From positions 8,122,001 through 8,186,000 of the forward strand of contig OZ024741.1 in the NCBI GenBank assembly GCA_964016885.1: 64,000 nucleotides of DNA. The letters run 5' to 3'. Positions 25,401 through 40,400 of this stretch are shown in pieces. A model generated the notes under the pieces. The model was not told where the DNA came from. It worked only from the letters and a program-made list of their open reading frames with translations, and searched no databases. Made by a program: the position numbers and the translations under genes. This DNA comes from Eledone cirrhosa (lineage: Eukaryota). The first letter of the stretch is position 1. Each line of letters begins with the position of its first letter.

Positions 25401-28400
25401 ACCAACCACCAGACAGTGTGACCAGGTCTGTCTGTTGACCAATCACCAGACAGTTTGGCCAGGTCTGTCTGTTGACCAATCACACGACAGTGTGGCCAGG
25501 TGTGTCTGTTGACCAATCACCAGACAGTGTGGCCAGGTCTGTCTGTTGACCAACCACCAGGTAGTGTGGCCAGGTCTGTCTGTTGACCAACCACCAGACA
25601 GTGTGGCCAGGTCTGTCTGTCGACCAACCAACAGACAGTGTGGCCAGGTCTGTCTGTTGACCAACCACTAGACATTGAGGCCAGGTCAGTCTGTTGACCA
25701 ACCACCAGACAGTGTGGCCAGGTCTGTTTGTTGACCAATCACCAGACAGTGTGGCCAGGTCTGTCTGTTGACCAATCACACGACAGTGTGGCAAGGTCTG
25801 TCTGTTGACCAATCACCAGAGAGTGTGGCCATGTCTGTCTGTTGACTAACCACCAGACAGTAAGGCCAGGTCTGTCTGTTAACCAACCACCAGACAGTGT
25901 GGCCAGGTCTGTCTGTTGACCAACCACCAGACAGTGTGGCCATGTCTGTCTGTTGACTAACTACCAGACGGTCTGGCCTGGTCTGTCTGTTGACCAATCA
26001 CCACAGAGTGTGACCAGGTCTCTCTGTTGACCAACCACCAGCCAGTGTGGCCAGGTCTATCTGTTGACCAGTCACCAGACAGTGTGGCCAGGTCTGTCTG
26101 TTGACCAACCACCATAGAGTGAGGCCAGGTCAGTCTGTTGACCAACCACCAGACAGTGTGGCCAGGTCTATCTGTTGACCAGTCACCAGACAGTGTGGCC
26201 AGGTCTATCTGTTGACCAGTCACCAGACAGTGTGGCCAGGTCTGTCTGTTGACCAGTCACCAGACAGTGTGGCCAGGTCTATCTGTTGACCAGTCACCAG
26301 ACAGTGTGGCCAGGTCTATCTGTTGACCAACCACCATACAGTGAGGCCAGGTCAGTCTGTTGACCAACCACCAGACAGTGTGGCCAGGTCTGTCTGTTGA
26401 CTAACCACCAGACAGTGTGGCAAGGTCTGTCTGTTGACCAACCACCAGACAGTGTGGCCAGGTCTGTCTGTTGACCAACCACCAGACAGTGTGGCCAGGT
26501 CTGTCTGTTGACCAATCACCACAGAGTGTGGCCATGTCTGTCTGTTGACCAACCACCAGACAGTGTGGCCAGGTCTGTCTGTTGACCAATCACCACAGAG
26601 TGTGGCCATGTCTGTCTGTTGACCAACCACCAGACAGTGAGGCCAGGTCAGTCTGTTGACCAACCACCAGAGAGTATGGCAAGGTCTGTCTGTTGACCAA
26701 CCACCAGACAGTGTGGCCAGGTCTGTCTGTTGACCAACCACCAGACAGTGTGGCCAGGTCTGTCTGTTGACCAATCACCACAGAGTGTGGCCATGTCTGT
26801 CTGTTGACCAACCACCAGACAGTGTGGCCAAGTCTGTCTGTTGACCAATCACCAGACAGTGTGGCCAGGTCTGTCTGTTGACCAATCACACGACAGTTTG
26901 GCCAGGTGTGTCTGTTGACCAACCACCAGCCAGTGTGGCCAGGTCTGTCTGTTAACCAATCACCAGGCAGTGTGGCCATGTCTGTCTGTTGACCAACCAC
27001 TAGCCAGTGTGGCCGGGTCTGTCTGTTAACCAACCACCAGACAGTATGGCCAGGTCTGTATGTTGACCAAACACCAGACAGTGTGGCCAGGTCTGTCTGT
27101 TGACCAATCACCAGACAGTGTGTCCAGGTCTGTCTGTTGGCCAACCACCAGACAGTGTGGCCAGGTCTGTCTGTTGACCAATCACCAGAGAGTGTGGCCA
27201 GGTCTGTCTGTTGGCCAATCACAAGACAGTGTGGCCAGGTCTGTCTGTTGACCAATAACCAGACAGTGTGTCCAGGTCTGTCTGTTGACCAACCACCAGA
27301 CAGTGTGGCCAGGTCTGTCTGTTGACCAACCACCAGACAGTGTGACCAGGTCTGTCTGTTGACCAATCACCAGACAGTTTGGCCAGGTCTGTCTGTTGAC
27401 CAATCACACGACAGTGTGGCCAGGTGTGTCTGTTGACCAATCACCAGACAGTGTGGCCAGGTCTGTCTGTTGACCAACCACCAGGTAGTGTGGCCAGGTC
27501 TGTCTGTCGACCAACCACCAGACAGTGTGGCCAGGTCTGTCTGTTGACCAACCACTAGACAGTGAGGCCAGGTCAGTCTGTTGACCAACCACCAGACAGT
27601 GTGGCCAGGTCTGTCTGTTGACCAACCACCAGACAGTGTGGCCAGGTCTGTCTGTTGACCAACCACCAGACAGTGAGGCCAGTTCAGTCTGTTGACCAAC
27701 CAGCAGCCAGTGTGGCCAGGTCTGTCTGTTGACCAATCACCAGACAGTGTGGCCAGGTCTGTCTGTTGACCAATCACACGACAGTGTGGCAAGGTCTGTC
27801 TGTTGACCAATCACCAGAGAGTGTGGCCATGTCTGTCTGTTGACTAACCACCAGACAGTATGGCCAGGTCTGTCTGTTGACCAACCACCAGACAGTGTGG
27901 CCAGGTCTGTCTGTTGACCAACCACCAGCCAGTGTGGCCAGGTCTGTCTGTTAACCAATCACCAGCCAGTGTGGCCAGGTCTGTCTGTTAACCAATCACC
28001 AGACAGTGTGGCCATGTCTGTCTGTTGACTAACTACCAGACGGTCTGGCTTGGTCTGTCTGTTGACCAATCACCACAGAGTGTGACCAGGTCTCTCTGTT
28101 GACCAACCACCAGCCAGTGTGGCCAGGTGTGTCTGTTGACCAATCACCAGACGGTGTGGCCTGGTCTGTCTGTTGACCAATCATCAGAGAGTGTGGCCGG
28201 GTCTGTCTGTTGACCAACCACCAGACAGTGTGGCCAGGTCTGTCTGTTAACCAATCACCAGACAGTGTGGCCATGTCTGTCTGTTGACTAACTACCAGAC
28301 GGTCTGGCCTGGTCTGTCTGATGACCAATCACCACAGAGTGTGACCAGGTCTCTCTGTTGACCAACCACCAGACAGTGTGGCCAGGTCTGTCTGTTGACC

Positions 28401-31400
28401 AACCACCAGACAGTGTGGCCAGGTCTGTCTGTTGACCAAAAACAAGACAGTCTGGCCAGGTCTATCTGTTGACCAGTCACCAGACAGTGTGGCCTGGTCT
28501 GTCTGTTGACCAACAACCAGACAGTGTGGCCAGGTCTGTCTGTTGACCAATCACAAGACAGTGTGGCCAGGTGTGTCTGTTGACCAATCACCAGACAATA
28601 TGCCCAGGTCTGTCTGTTGACTAACCACCAGACAGTGTGAACAGGTCTGTCTGTTGACCACTCACCAGACGGTGTAGCCAGGTCTGTCTGTTGACCAATC
28701 ACCAGACAGTGAGGCCATGTCAGTCTGTTGACCAACCACCAGAGATTGTGGCAAGATCTGTCTGTTGACCAACCACCAGACAGTGTGGCCAGGTCTGTCT
28801 GTTGACCAACCACCAGACAGTGTTGCCAGGTCTGTCTGTTGACCAACCACCAGACAGTGAGGCCAGGTCAGTCTGTTGACCAACCACCAGAGAGTATGGC
28901 AAGGTATGTCTGTTGACCAACCACCAGACAGTGTGGCCAGGTCTGTCTGTTGACCAACCACCAGACAGTGTGGCCAGGTCTGACTGTTGACCAACCACCA
29001 GACAGTGTGGCCAGGTCTGTCTGTTGACCAACCACCAGACAGTGTGGCCAGGTCTGTCTGTTGACCAATCACCACAGAGTGTGGCCATGTCTGTCTGTTG
29101 ACCAACCACCAGACAGTGTGGCCAAGTCTGTCTGTTGACCAATCACCAGACAGTGTGGCCAGGTCTGTCTGTTGACCAATCACACGACAGTTTGGCCAGG
29201 TGTGTCTGTTGACCAACCACCAGCCAGTGTGGCCAGGTCTGTCTGTTAACCAATCACCAGACAGTGTGGCCATGTCTGTCTGTTGACCAACCACCAGCCA
29301 GTGTGGCCAGGTCTGTCTGTTAACCAACCACCAGACAGTATGGCCAGGTCTGTCTGTTGACCAAACACCAGACAGTGTGGCCAGGTCTGTCTGTTGACCA
29401 ATCACCAGACAGTGTGTCCAGGTCTGTCTGTTGGCCAACCACCAGACAGTGTGGCCAGGTCTGTCTGTTGACCAATCACCAGACAGTGTGGCCAGGTCTG
29501 TCTGTTGGCCAATCACAAGACAGTGTGGCCAGGTCTGTCTGTTGACCAATAACCAGACAGTGTGTGCAGGTCTGTCTGTTGACCAACCACCAGACAGTGT
29601 GGCCAGGTCTGTCTGTTGACCAACCACCAGACAGTGTGACCAGGTCTGTCTGTTGACCAATCACCAGACAGTGTGGCCAGGTCTGTCTGTTGACCAATCA
29701 CACGACAGTGTGGCCAGGTGTGTCTGTTGACCAATCACCAGACAGTGTGGCCAGGTCTGTATGTTGACCAAACACCAGACAGTGTGGCCAGGTCTGTCTG
29801 TTGACCAATCACCAGACAGTGTGTCCAGGTCTGTCTGTTGGCCAACCACCAGACAGTGTGGCCAGGTCTGTCTGTTGACCAATCACCAGACAGTGTGGCC
29901 AGGTCTGTCTGTTGGCCAATCACAAGACAGTGTGGCCAGGTCTGTCTGTTGACCAATAACCAGACAGTGTGTCCAGGTCTGTCTGTTGACCAACCACCAG
30001 ACAGTGTGGCCAGGTCTGTCTGTTGACCAACCACCAGACAGTGTGACCAGGTCTGTCTGTTGACCAATCACCAGACAGTTTGGCCAGGTCTGTCTGTTGA
30101 CCAATCACACGACAGTGTGGCCAGGTGTGTCTGTTGACCAATCACCAGACAGTGTGGCCAGGTCTGTCTGTTGACCAACCACCAGGTAGTGTGGCCAGGT
30201 CTGTCTGTTGACCAACCACCAGACAGTGTGGCCAGGTCTGTCTGTCGACCAACCACCAGACAGTGTGGCCAGGTCTGTCTGTTGACCAACCACTAGACAT
30301 TGAGGCCAGGTCAGTCTGTTGACCAACCACCAGACAGTGTGGCCAGGTCTGTTTGTTGACCAATCACCAGACAGTGTGGCCAGGTCTGTCTGTTGACCAA
30401 TCACACGACAGTGTGGCAAGGTCTGTCTGTTGACCAATCACCAGAGAGTGTGGCCATGTCTGTCTGTTGACTAACCACCAGACAGTAAGGCCAGGTCTGT
30501 CTGTTAACCAACCACCAGACAGTGTGGCCAGGTCTGTCTGTTGACCAACCACCAGACAGTGTGGCCATGTCTGTCTGTTGACTAACTACCAGACGGTCTG
30601 GCCTGGTCTGTCTGTTGACCAATCACCACAGAGTGTGACCAGGTCTCTCTGTTGACCAACCACCAGCCAGTGTGGCCAGGTCTATCTGTTGACCAGTCAC
30701 CAGACAGTGTGGCCAGGTCTGTCTGTTGACCAACCACCATACAGTGAGGCCAGGTCAGTCTGTTGACCAACCACCAGACAGTGTGGCCAGGTCTATCTGT
30801 TGACCAGTCACCAGACAGTGTGGCCAGGTCTATCTGTTGACCAGTCACCAGACAGTGTGGCCAGGTCTGTCTGTTGACCAGTCACCAGACAGTGTGGCCA
30901 GGTCTATCTGTTGACCAGTCACCAGACAGTGTGGCCAGGTCTATCTGTTGACCAACCACCATACAGTGAGGCCAGGTCAGTCTGTTGACCAACCACCAGA
31001 CAGTGTGGCCAGGTCTGTCTGTTGACTAACCACCAGACAGTGTGGCAAGGTCTGTCTGTTGACCAACCACCAGACAGTGTGGCCAGGTCTGTCTGTTGAC
31101 CAACCACCAGACAGTGTGGCCAGGTCTGTCTGTTGACCAATCACCACAGAGTGTGGCCATGTCTGTCTGTTGACCAACCACCAGACAGTGTGGCCAGGTC
31201 TGTCTGTTGACCAATCACCACAGAGTGTGGCCATGTCTGTCTGTTGACCAACCACCAGACAGTGAGGCCAGGTCAGTCTGTTGACCAACCACCAGAGAGT
31301 ATGGCAAGGTCTGTCTGTTGACCAACCACCAGACAGTGTGGCCAGGTCTGTCTGTTGACCAACCACCAGACAGTGTGGCCAGGTCTGTCTGTTGACCAAT

Positions 31401-34400
31401 CACCACAGAGTGTGGCCATGTCTGTCTGTTGACCAACCACCAGACAGTGTGGCCAAGTCTGTCTGTTGACCAATCACCAGACAGTGTGGCCAGGTCTGTC
31501 TGTTGACCAATCACACGACAGTTTGGCCAGGTGTGTCTGTTGACCAACCACCAGCCAGTGTGGCCAGGTCTGTCTGTTAACCAATCACCAGGCAGTGTGG
31601 CCATGTCTGTCTGTTGACCAACCACTAGCCAGTGTGGCCGGGTCTGTCTGTTAACCAACCACCAGACAGTATGGCCAGGTCTGTATGTTGACCAAACACC
31701 AGACAGTGTGGCCAGGTCTGTCTGTTGACCAATCACCAGACAGTGTGTCCAGGTCTGTCTGTTGGCCAACCACCAGACAGTGTGGCCAGGTCTGTCTGTT
31801 GACCAATCACCAGAGAGTGTGGCCAGGTCTGTCTGTTGGCCAATCACAAGACAGTGTGGCCAGGTCTGTCTGTTGACCAATAACCAGACAGTGTGTCCAG
31901 GTCTGTCTGTTGACCAACCACCAGACAGTGTGGCCAGGTCTGTCTGTTGACCAACCACCAGACAGTGTGACCAGGTCTGTCTGTTGACCAATCACCAGAC
32001 AGTTTGGCCAGGTCTGTCTGTTGACCAATCACACGACAGTGTGGCCAGGTGTGTCTGTTGACCAATCACCAGACAGTGTGGCCAGGTCTGTCTGTTGACC
32101 AACCACCAGGTAGTGTGGCCAGGTCTGTCTGTCGACCAACCACCAGACAGTGTGGCCAGGTCTGTCTGTTGACCAACCACTAGACAGTGAGGCCAGGTCA
32201 GTCTGTTGACCAACCACCAGACAGTGTGGCCAGGTCTGTCTGTTGACCAACCACCAGACAGTGTGGCCAGGTCTGTCTGTTGACCAACCACCAGACAGTG
32301 AGGCCAGTTCAGTCTGTTGACCAACCAGCAGCCAGTGTGGCCAGGTCTGTCTGTTGACCAATCACCAGACAGTGTGGCCAGGTCTGTCTGTTGACCAATC
32401 ACACGACAGTGTGGCAAGGTCTGTCTGTTGACCAATCACCAGAGAGTGTGGCCATGTCTGTCTGTTGACTAACCACCAGACAGTATGGCCAGGTCTGTCT
32501 GTTGACCAACCACCAGACAGTGTGGCCAGGTCTGTCTGTTAACCAACCACCAGACAGTGTGGCCAGGTCTGTCTGTTGACCAACCACCAGCCAGTGTGGC
32601 CAGGTCTGTCTGTTAACCAATCACCAGCCAGTGTGGCCAGGTCTGTCTGTTAACCAATCACCAGACAGTGTGGCCATGTCTGTCTGTTGACTAACTACGA
32701 GACGGTCTGGCTTGGTCTGTCTGTTGACCAATCACCACAGAGTGTGACCAGGTCTCTCTGTTGACCAACCACCAGCCAGTGTGGCCAGGTGTGTCTGTTG
32801 ACCAATCACCAGACGGTGTGGCCTGGTCTGTCTGTTGACCAATCATCAGAGAGTGTGGCCGGGTCTGTCTGTTGACCAACCACCAGACAGTGTGGCCAGG
32901 TCTGTCTGTTAACCAATCACCAGACAGTGTGGCCATGTCTGTCTGTTGACTAACTACCAGACGGTCTGGCCTGGTCTGTCTGATGACCAATCACCACAGA
33001 GTGTGACCAGGTCTCTCTGTTGACCAACCACCAGACAGTGTGGCCAGGTCTGTCTGTTGACCAACCACCAGACAGTGTGGCCAGGTCTGTCTGTTGACCA
33101 AAAACAAGACAGTCTGGCCAGGTCTATCTGTTGACCAGTCACCAGACAGTGTGGACTGGTCTGTCTGTTGACCAACAACCAGACAGTGTGGCCAGGTCTG
33201 TCTGTTGACCAATCACAAGACAGTGTGGCCAGGTGTGTCTGTTGACCAATCACCAGACAATATGGCCAGGTCTGTCTGTTGACTAACCACCAGACAGTGT
33301 GAACAGGTCTGTCTGTTGACCACTCACCAGACGGTGTAGCCAGGTCTGTCTGTTGACCAATCACCAGACAGTGAGGCCATGTCAGTCTGTTGACCAACCA
33401 CCAGAGATTGTGGCAAGATCTGTCTGTTGACCAACCACCAGACAGTGTGGCCAGGTCTGTCTGTTGACCAACCACCAGACAGTGTTGCCAGGTCTGTCTG
33501 TTGACCAACCACCAGACAGTGAGGCAAGGTCAGTCTGTTGACCAACCACCAGAGAGTATGGCAAGGTATGTCTGTTGACCAACCACCAGACAGTGTGGCC
33601 AGGTCTGTCTGTTGACCAACCACCAGACAGTGTGGCCAGGTCTGACTGTTGACCAACCACCAGACAGTGTGGCCAGGTCTGTCTGTTGACCAACCACCAG
33701 ACAGTGTGGCCAGGTCTGTCTGTTGACCAATCACCACAGAGTGTGGCCATGTCTGTCTGTTGACCAACCACCAGACAGTGTGGCCAAGTCTGTCTGTTGA
33801 CCAATCACCAGACAGTGTGGCCAGGTCTGTCTGTTGACCAATCACACGACAGTTTGGCCAGGTGTGTCTGTTGACCAACCACCAGCCAGTGTGGCCAGGT
33901 CTGTCTGTTAACCAATCACCAGACAGTGTGGCCATGTCTGTCTGTTGACCAACCACCAGCCAGTGTGGCCAGGTCTGTCTGTTAACCAACCACCAGACAG
34001 TATGGCCAGGTCTGTCTGTTGACCAAACACCAGACAGTGTGGCCAGGTCTGTCTGTTGACCAATCACCAGACAGTGTGTCCAGGTCTGTCTGTTGGCCAA
34101 CCACCAGACAGTGTGGCCAGGTCTGTCTGTTGACCAATCACCAGACAGTGTGGCCAGGTCTGTCTGTTGGCCAATCACAAGACAGTGTGGCCAGGTCTGT
34201 CTGTTGACCAATAACCAGACAGTGTGTGCAGGTCTGTCTGTTGACCAACCACCAGACAGTGTGGCCAGGTCTGTCTGTTGACCAACCACCAGACAGTGTG
34301 ACCAGGTCTGTCTGTTGACCAATCACCAGACAGTGTGGCCAGGTCTGTCTGTTGACCAATCACACGACAGTGTGGCCAGGTGTGTCTGTTGACCAATCAC

Positions 34401-37400
34401 CAGACAGTGTGGCCAGGTCTGTATGTTGACCAAACACCAGACAGTGTGGCCAGGTCTGTCTGTTGACCAATCACCAGACAGTGTGTCCAGGTCTGTCTGT
34501 TGGCCAACCACCAGACAGTGTGGCCAGGTCTGTCTGTTGACCAATCACCAGACAGTGTGGCCAGGTCTGTCTGTTGGCCAATCACAAGACAGTGTGGCCA
34601 GGTCTGTCTGTTGACCAATAACCAGACAGTGTGTCCAGGTCTGTCTGTTGACCAACCACCAGACAGTGTGGCCAGGTCTGTCTGTTGACCAACCACCAGA
34701 CAGTGTGACCAGGTCTGTCTGTTGACCAATCACCAGACAGTTTGGCCAGGTCTGTCTGTTGACCAATCACACGACAGTGTGGCCAGGTGTGTCTGTTGAC
34801 CAATCACCAGACAGTGTGGCCAGGTCTGTCTGTTGACCAACCACCAGGTAGTGTGGCCAGGTCTGTCTGTTGACCAACCACCAGACAGTGTGGCCAGGTC
34901 TGTCTGTCGACCAACCACCAGACAGTGTGGCCAGGTCTGTCTGTTGACCAACCACTAGACATTGAGGCCAGGTCAGTCTGTTGACCAACCACCAGACAGT
35001 GTGGCCAGGTCTGTTTGTTGACCAATCACCAGACAGTGTGGCCAGGTCTGTCTGTTGACCAATCACACGACAGTGTGGCAAGGTCTGTCTGTTGACCAAT
35101 CACCAGAGAGTGTGGCCATGTCTGTCTGTTGACTAACCACCAGACAGTAAGGCCAGGTCTGTCTGTTAACCAACCACCAGACAGTGTGGCCAGGTCTGTC
35201 TGTTGACCAACCACCAGACAGTGTGGCCATGTCTGTCTGTTGACTAACTACCAGACGGTCTGGCCTGGTCTGTCTGTTGACCAATCACCACAGAGTGTGA
35301 CCAGGTCTCTCTGTTGACCAACCACCAGCCAGTGTGGCCAGGTCTATCTGTTGACCAGTCACCAGACAGTGTGGCCAGGTCTGTCTGTTGACCAACCACC
35401 ATACAGTGAGGCCAGGTCAGTCTGTTGACCAACCACCAGACAGTGTGGCCAGGTCTATCTGTTGACCAGTCACCAGACAGTGTGGCCAGGTCTATCTGTT
35501 GACCAGTCACCAGACAGTGTGGCCAGGTCTGTCTGTTGACCAGTCACCAGACAGTGTGGCCAGGTCTATCTGTTGACCAGTCACCAGACAGTGTGGCCAG
35601 GTCTATCTGTTGACCAACCACCATACAGTGAGGCCAGGTCAGTCTGTTGACCAACCACCAGACAGTGTGGCCAGGTCTGTCTGTTGACTAACCACCAGAC
35701 AGTGTGGCAAGGTCTGTCTGTTGACCAACCACCAGACAGTGTGGCCAGGTCTGTCTGTTGACCAACCACCAGACAGTGTGGCCAGGTCTGTCTGTTGACC
35801 AATCACCACAGAGTGTGGCCATGTCTGTCTGTTGACCAACCACCAGACAGTGTGGCCAGGTCTGTCTGTTGACCAATCACCACAGAGTGTGGCCATGTCT
35901 GTCTGTTGACCAACCACCAGACAGTGAGGCCAGGTCAGTCTGTTGACCAACCACCAGAGAGTATGGCATGGTCTGTCTGTTGACCAACCACCAGACAGTG
36001 TGGCCAGGTCTGTCTGTTGACCAACCACCAGACAGTGTGGCCAGGTCTGTCTGTTGACCAATCACCACAGAGTGTGGCCATGTCTGTCTGTTGACCAACC
36101 ACCAGACAGTGTGGCCAAGTCTGTCTGTTGACCAATCACCAGACAGTGTGGCCAGGTCTGTCTGTTGACCAATCACACGACAGTTTGGCCAGGTGTGTCT
36201 GTTGACCAACCACCAGCCAGTGTGGCCAGGTCTGTCTGTTAACCAATCACCAGGCAGTGTGGCCATGTCTGTCTGTTGACCAACCACTAGCCAGTGTGGC
36301 CGGGTATGTCTGTTAACCAACCACCAGACAGTATGGCCAGGTCTGTATGTTGACCAAACACCAGACAGTGTGTCCAGGTCTGTCTGTTGGCCAACCACCA
36401 GACAGTGTGGCCAGGTCTGTCTGTTGACCAATCACCAGAGAGTGTGGCCAGGTCTGTCTGTTGGCCAATCACAAGACAGTGTGGCCAGGTCTGTCTGTTG
36501 ACCAATAACCAGACAGTGTGTCCAGGTCTGTCTGTTGACCAACCACCAGACAGTGTGGCCAGGTCTGTCTGTTGACCAACCACCAGACAGTGTGACCAGG
36601 TCTGTCTGTTGACCAATCACCAGACAGTTTGGCCAGGTCTGTCTGTTGACCAATCACACGACAGTGTGGCCAGGTGTGTCTGTTGACCAATCACCAGACA
36701 GTGTGGCCAGGTCTGTCTGTTGACCAACCACCAGGTAGTGTGGCCAGGTCTGTCTGTCGACCAACCACCAGACAGTGTGGCCAGGTCTGTCTGTTGACCA
36801 ACCACTAGACAGTGAGGCCAGGTCAGTCTGTTGACCAACCACCAGACAGTGTGGCCAGGTCTGTCTGTTGACCAACCACCAGACAGTGTGGCCAGGTCTG
36901 TCTGTTGACCAACCACCAGACAGTGAGGCCAGTTCAGTCTGTTGACCAACCAGCAGCCAGTGTGGCCAGGTCTGTCTGTTGACCAATCACCAGACAGTGT
37001 GGCCAGGTCTGTCTGTTGACCAATCACACGACAGTGTGGCAAGGTCTGTCTGTTGACCAATCACCAGAGAGTGTGGCCATGTCTGTCTGTTGACTAACCA
37101 CCAGACAGTATGGCCAGGTCTGTCTGTTGACCAACCACCAGACAGTGTGGCCAGGTCTGTCTGTTGACCAACCACCAGCCAGTGTGGCCAGGTCTGTCTG
37201 TTAACCAATCACCAGCCAGTGTGGCCAGGTCTGTCTGTTAACCAATCACCAGACAGTGTGGCCATGTCTGTCTGTTGACTAACTACCAGACGGTCTGGCT
37301 TGGTCTGTCTGTTGACCAATCACCACAGAGTGTGACCAGGTCTCTCTGTTGACCAACCACCAGCCAGTGTGGCCAGGTGTGTCTGTTGACCAATCACCAG

Positions 37401-40400
37401 ACGGTGTGGCCTGGTCTGTCTGTTGACCAATCATCAGAGAGTGTGGCCGGGTCTGTCTGTTGACCAACCACCAGACAGTGTGGCCAGGTCTGTCTGTTAA
37501 CCAATCACCAGACAGTGTGGCCATGTCTGTCTGTTGACTAACTACCAGACGGTCTGGCCTGGTCTGTCTGATGACCAATCACCACAGAGTGTGACCAGGT
37601 CTCTCTGTTGACCAACCACCAGACAGTGTGGCCAGGTCTGTCTGTTGACCAACCACCAGACAGTGTGGCCAGGTCTGTCTGTTGACCAAAAACAAGACAG
37701 TCTGGCCAGGTCTATCTGTTGACCAGTCACCAGACAGTGTGGCCTGGTCTGTCTGTTGACCAACAACCAGACAGTGTGGCCAGGTCTGTCTGTTGACCAA
37801 TCACAAGACAGTGTGGCCAGGTGTGTCTGTTGACCAATCACCAGACAATATGGCCAGGTCTGTCTGTTGACTAACCACCAGACAGTGTGTCCAGGTCTGT
37901 CTGTTGGCCAACCACCAGACAGTGTGGCCAGGTCTGTCTGTTGACCAATCACCAGAGAGTGTGGCCAGGTCTGTCTGTTGGCCAATCACAAGACAGTGTG
38001 GCCAGGTCTGTCTGTTGACCAATAACCAGACAGTGTGTCCAGGTCTGTCTGTTGACCAACCACCAGACAGTGTGGCCAGGTCTGTCTGTTGACCAACCAC
38101 CAGACAGTGTGACCAGGTCTGTCTGTTGACCAATCACCAGACAGTTTGGCCAGGTCTGTCTGTTGACCAATCACACGACAGTGTGGCCAGGTGTGTCTGT
38201 TGACCAATCACCAGACAGTGTGGCCAGGTCTGTCTGTTGACCAACCACCAGGTAGTGTGGCCAGGTCTGTCTGTCGACCAACCACCAGACAGTGTGGCCA
38301 GGTCTGTCTGTTGACCAACCACTAGACAGTGAGGCCAGGTCAGTCTGTTGACCAACCACCAGACAGTGTGGCCAGGTCTGTCTGTTGACCAACCACCAGA
38401 CAGTGTGGCCAGGTCTGTCTGTTGACCAACCACCAGACAGTGAGGCCAGTTCAGTCTGTTGACCAACCAGCAGCCAGTGTGGCCAGGTCTGTCTGTTGAC
38501 CAATCACCAGACAGTGTGGCCAGGTCTGTCTGTTGACCAATCACACGACAGTGTGGCAAGGTCTGTCTGTTGACCAATCACCAGAGAGTGTGGCCATGTC
38601 TGTCTGTTGACTAACCACCAGACAGTATGGCCAGGTCTGTCTGTTGACCAACCACCAGACAGTGTGGCCAGGTCTGTCTGTTGACCAACCACCAGCCAGT
38701 GTGGCCAGGTCTGTCTGTTAACCAATCACCAGCCAGTGTGGCCAGGTCTGTCTGTTAACCAATCACCAGACAGTGTGGCCATGTCTGTCTGTTGACTAAC
38801 TACCAGACGGTCTGGCTTGGTCTGTCTGTTGACCAATCACCACAGAGTGTGACCAGGTCTCTCTGTTGACCAACCACCAGCCAGTGTGGCCAGGTGTGTC
38901 TGTTGACCAATCACCAGACGGTGTGGCCTGGTCTGTCTGTTGACCAATCATCAGAGAGTGTGGCCGGGTCTGTCTGTTGACCAACCACCAGACAGTGTGG
39001 CCAGGTCTGTCTGTTAACCAATCACCAGACAGTGTGGCCATGTCTGTCTGTTGACTAACTACCAGACGGTCTGGCCTGGTCTGTCTGATGACCAATCACC
39101 ACAGAGTGTGACCAGGTCTCTCTGTTGACCAACCACCAGACAGTGTGGCCAGGTCTGTCTGTTGACCAACCACCAGACAGTGTGGCCAGGTCTGTCTGTT
39201 GACCAAAAACAAGACAGTCTGGCCAGGTCTATCTGTTGACCAGTCACCAGACAGTGTGGCCTGGTCTGTCTGTTGACCAACAACCAGACAGTGTGGCCAG
39301 GTCTGTCTGTTGACCAATCACAAGACAGTGTGGCCAGGTGTGTCTGTTGACCAATCACCAGACAATATGGCCAGGTCTGTCTGTTGACTAACCACCAGAC
39401 AGTGTGAACAGGTCTGTCTGTTGACCACTCACCAGACGGTGTAGCCAGGTCTGTCTGTTGACCAATCACCAGACAGTGAGGCCATGTCAGTCTGTTGACC
39501 AACCACCAGAGATTGTGGCAAGATCTGTCTGTTGACCAACCACCAGACAGTGTGGCCAGGTCTGTCTGTTGACCAACCACCAGACAGTGTTGCCAGGTCT
39601 GTCTGTTGACCAACCACCAGACAGTGAGGCCAGGTCAGTCTGTTGACCAACCACCAGAGAGTATGGCAAGGTATGTCTGTTGACCAACCACCAGACAGTG
39701 TGGCCAGGTCTGTCTGTTGACCAACCACCAGACAGTGTGGCCAGGTCTGACTGTTGACCAACCACCAGACAGTGTGGCCAGGTCTGTCTGTTGACCAACC
39801 ACCAGACAGTGTGGCCAGGTCTGTCTGTTGACCAATCACCACAGAGTGTGGCCATGTCTGTCTGTTGACCAACCACCAGACAGTGTGGCCAAGTCTGTCT
39901 GTTGACCAATCACCAGACAGTGTGGCCAGGTCTGTCTGTTGACCAATCACACGACAGTTTGGCCAGGTGTGTCTGTTGACCAACCACCAGCCAGTGTGGC
40001 CAGGTCTGTCTGTTAACCAATCACCAGACAGTGTGGCCATGTCTGTCTGTTGACCAACCACCAGTCAGTGTGGCCAGGTCTGTCTGTTAACCAACCACCA
40101 GACAGTATGGCCAGGTCTGTCTGTTGACCAAACACCAGACAGTGTGGCCAGGTCTGTCTGTTGACCAATCACCAGACAGTGTGTCCAGGTCTGTCTGTTG
40201 GCCAACCACCAGACAGTGTGGCCAGGTCTGTCTGTTGACCAATCACCAGACAGTGTGGCCAGGTCTGTCTGTTGGCCAATCACAAGACAGTGTGGCCAGG
40301 TCTGTCTGTTGACCAATAACCAGACAGTGTGGCCAGGTCTATCTGTTGACCAGTCACCAGACAGTGTGGCCAGGTCTATCTGTTGACCAACCACCATACA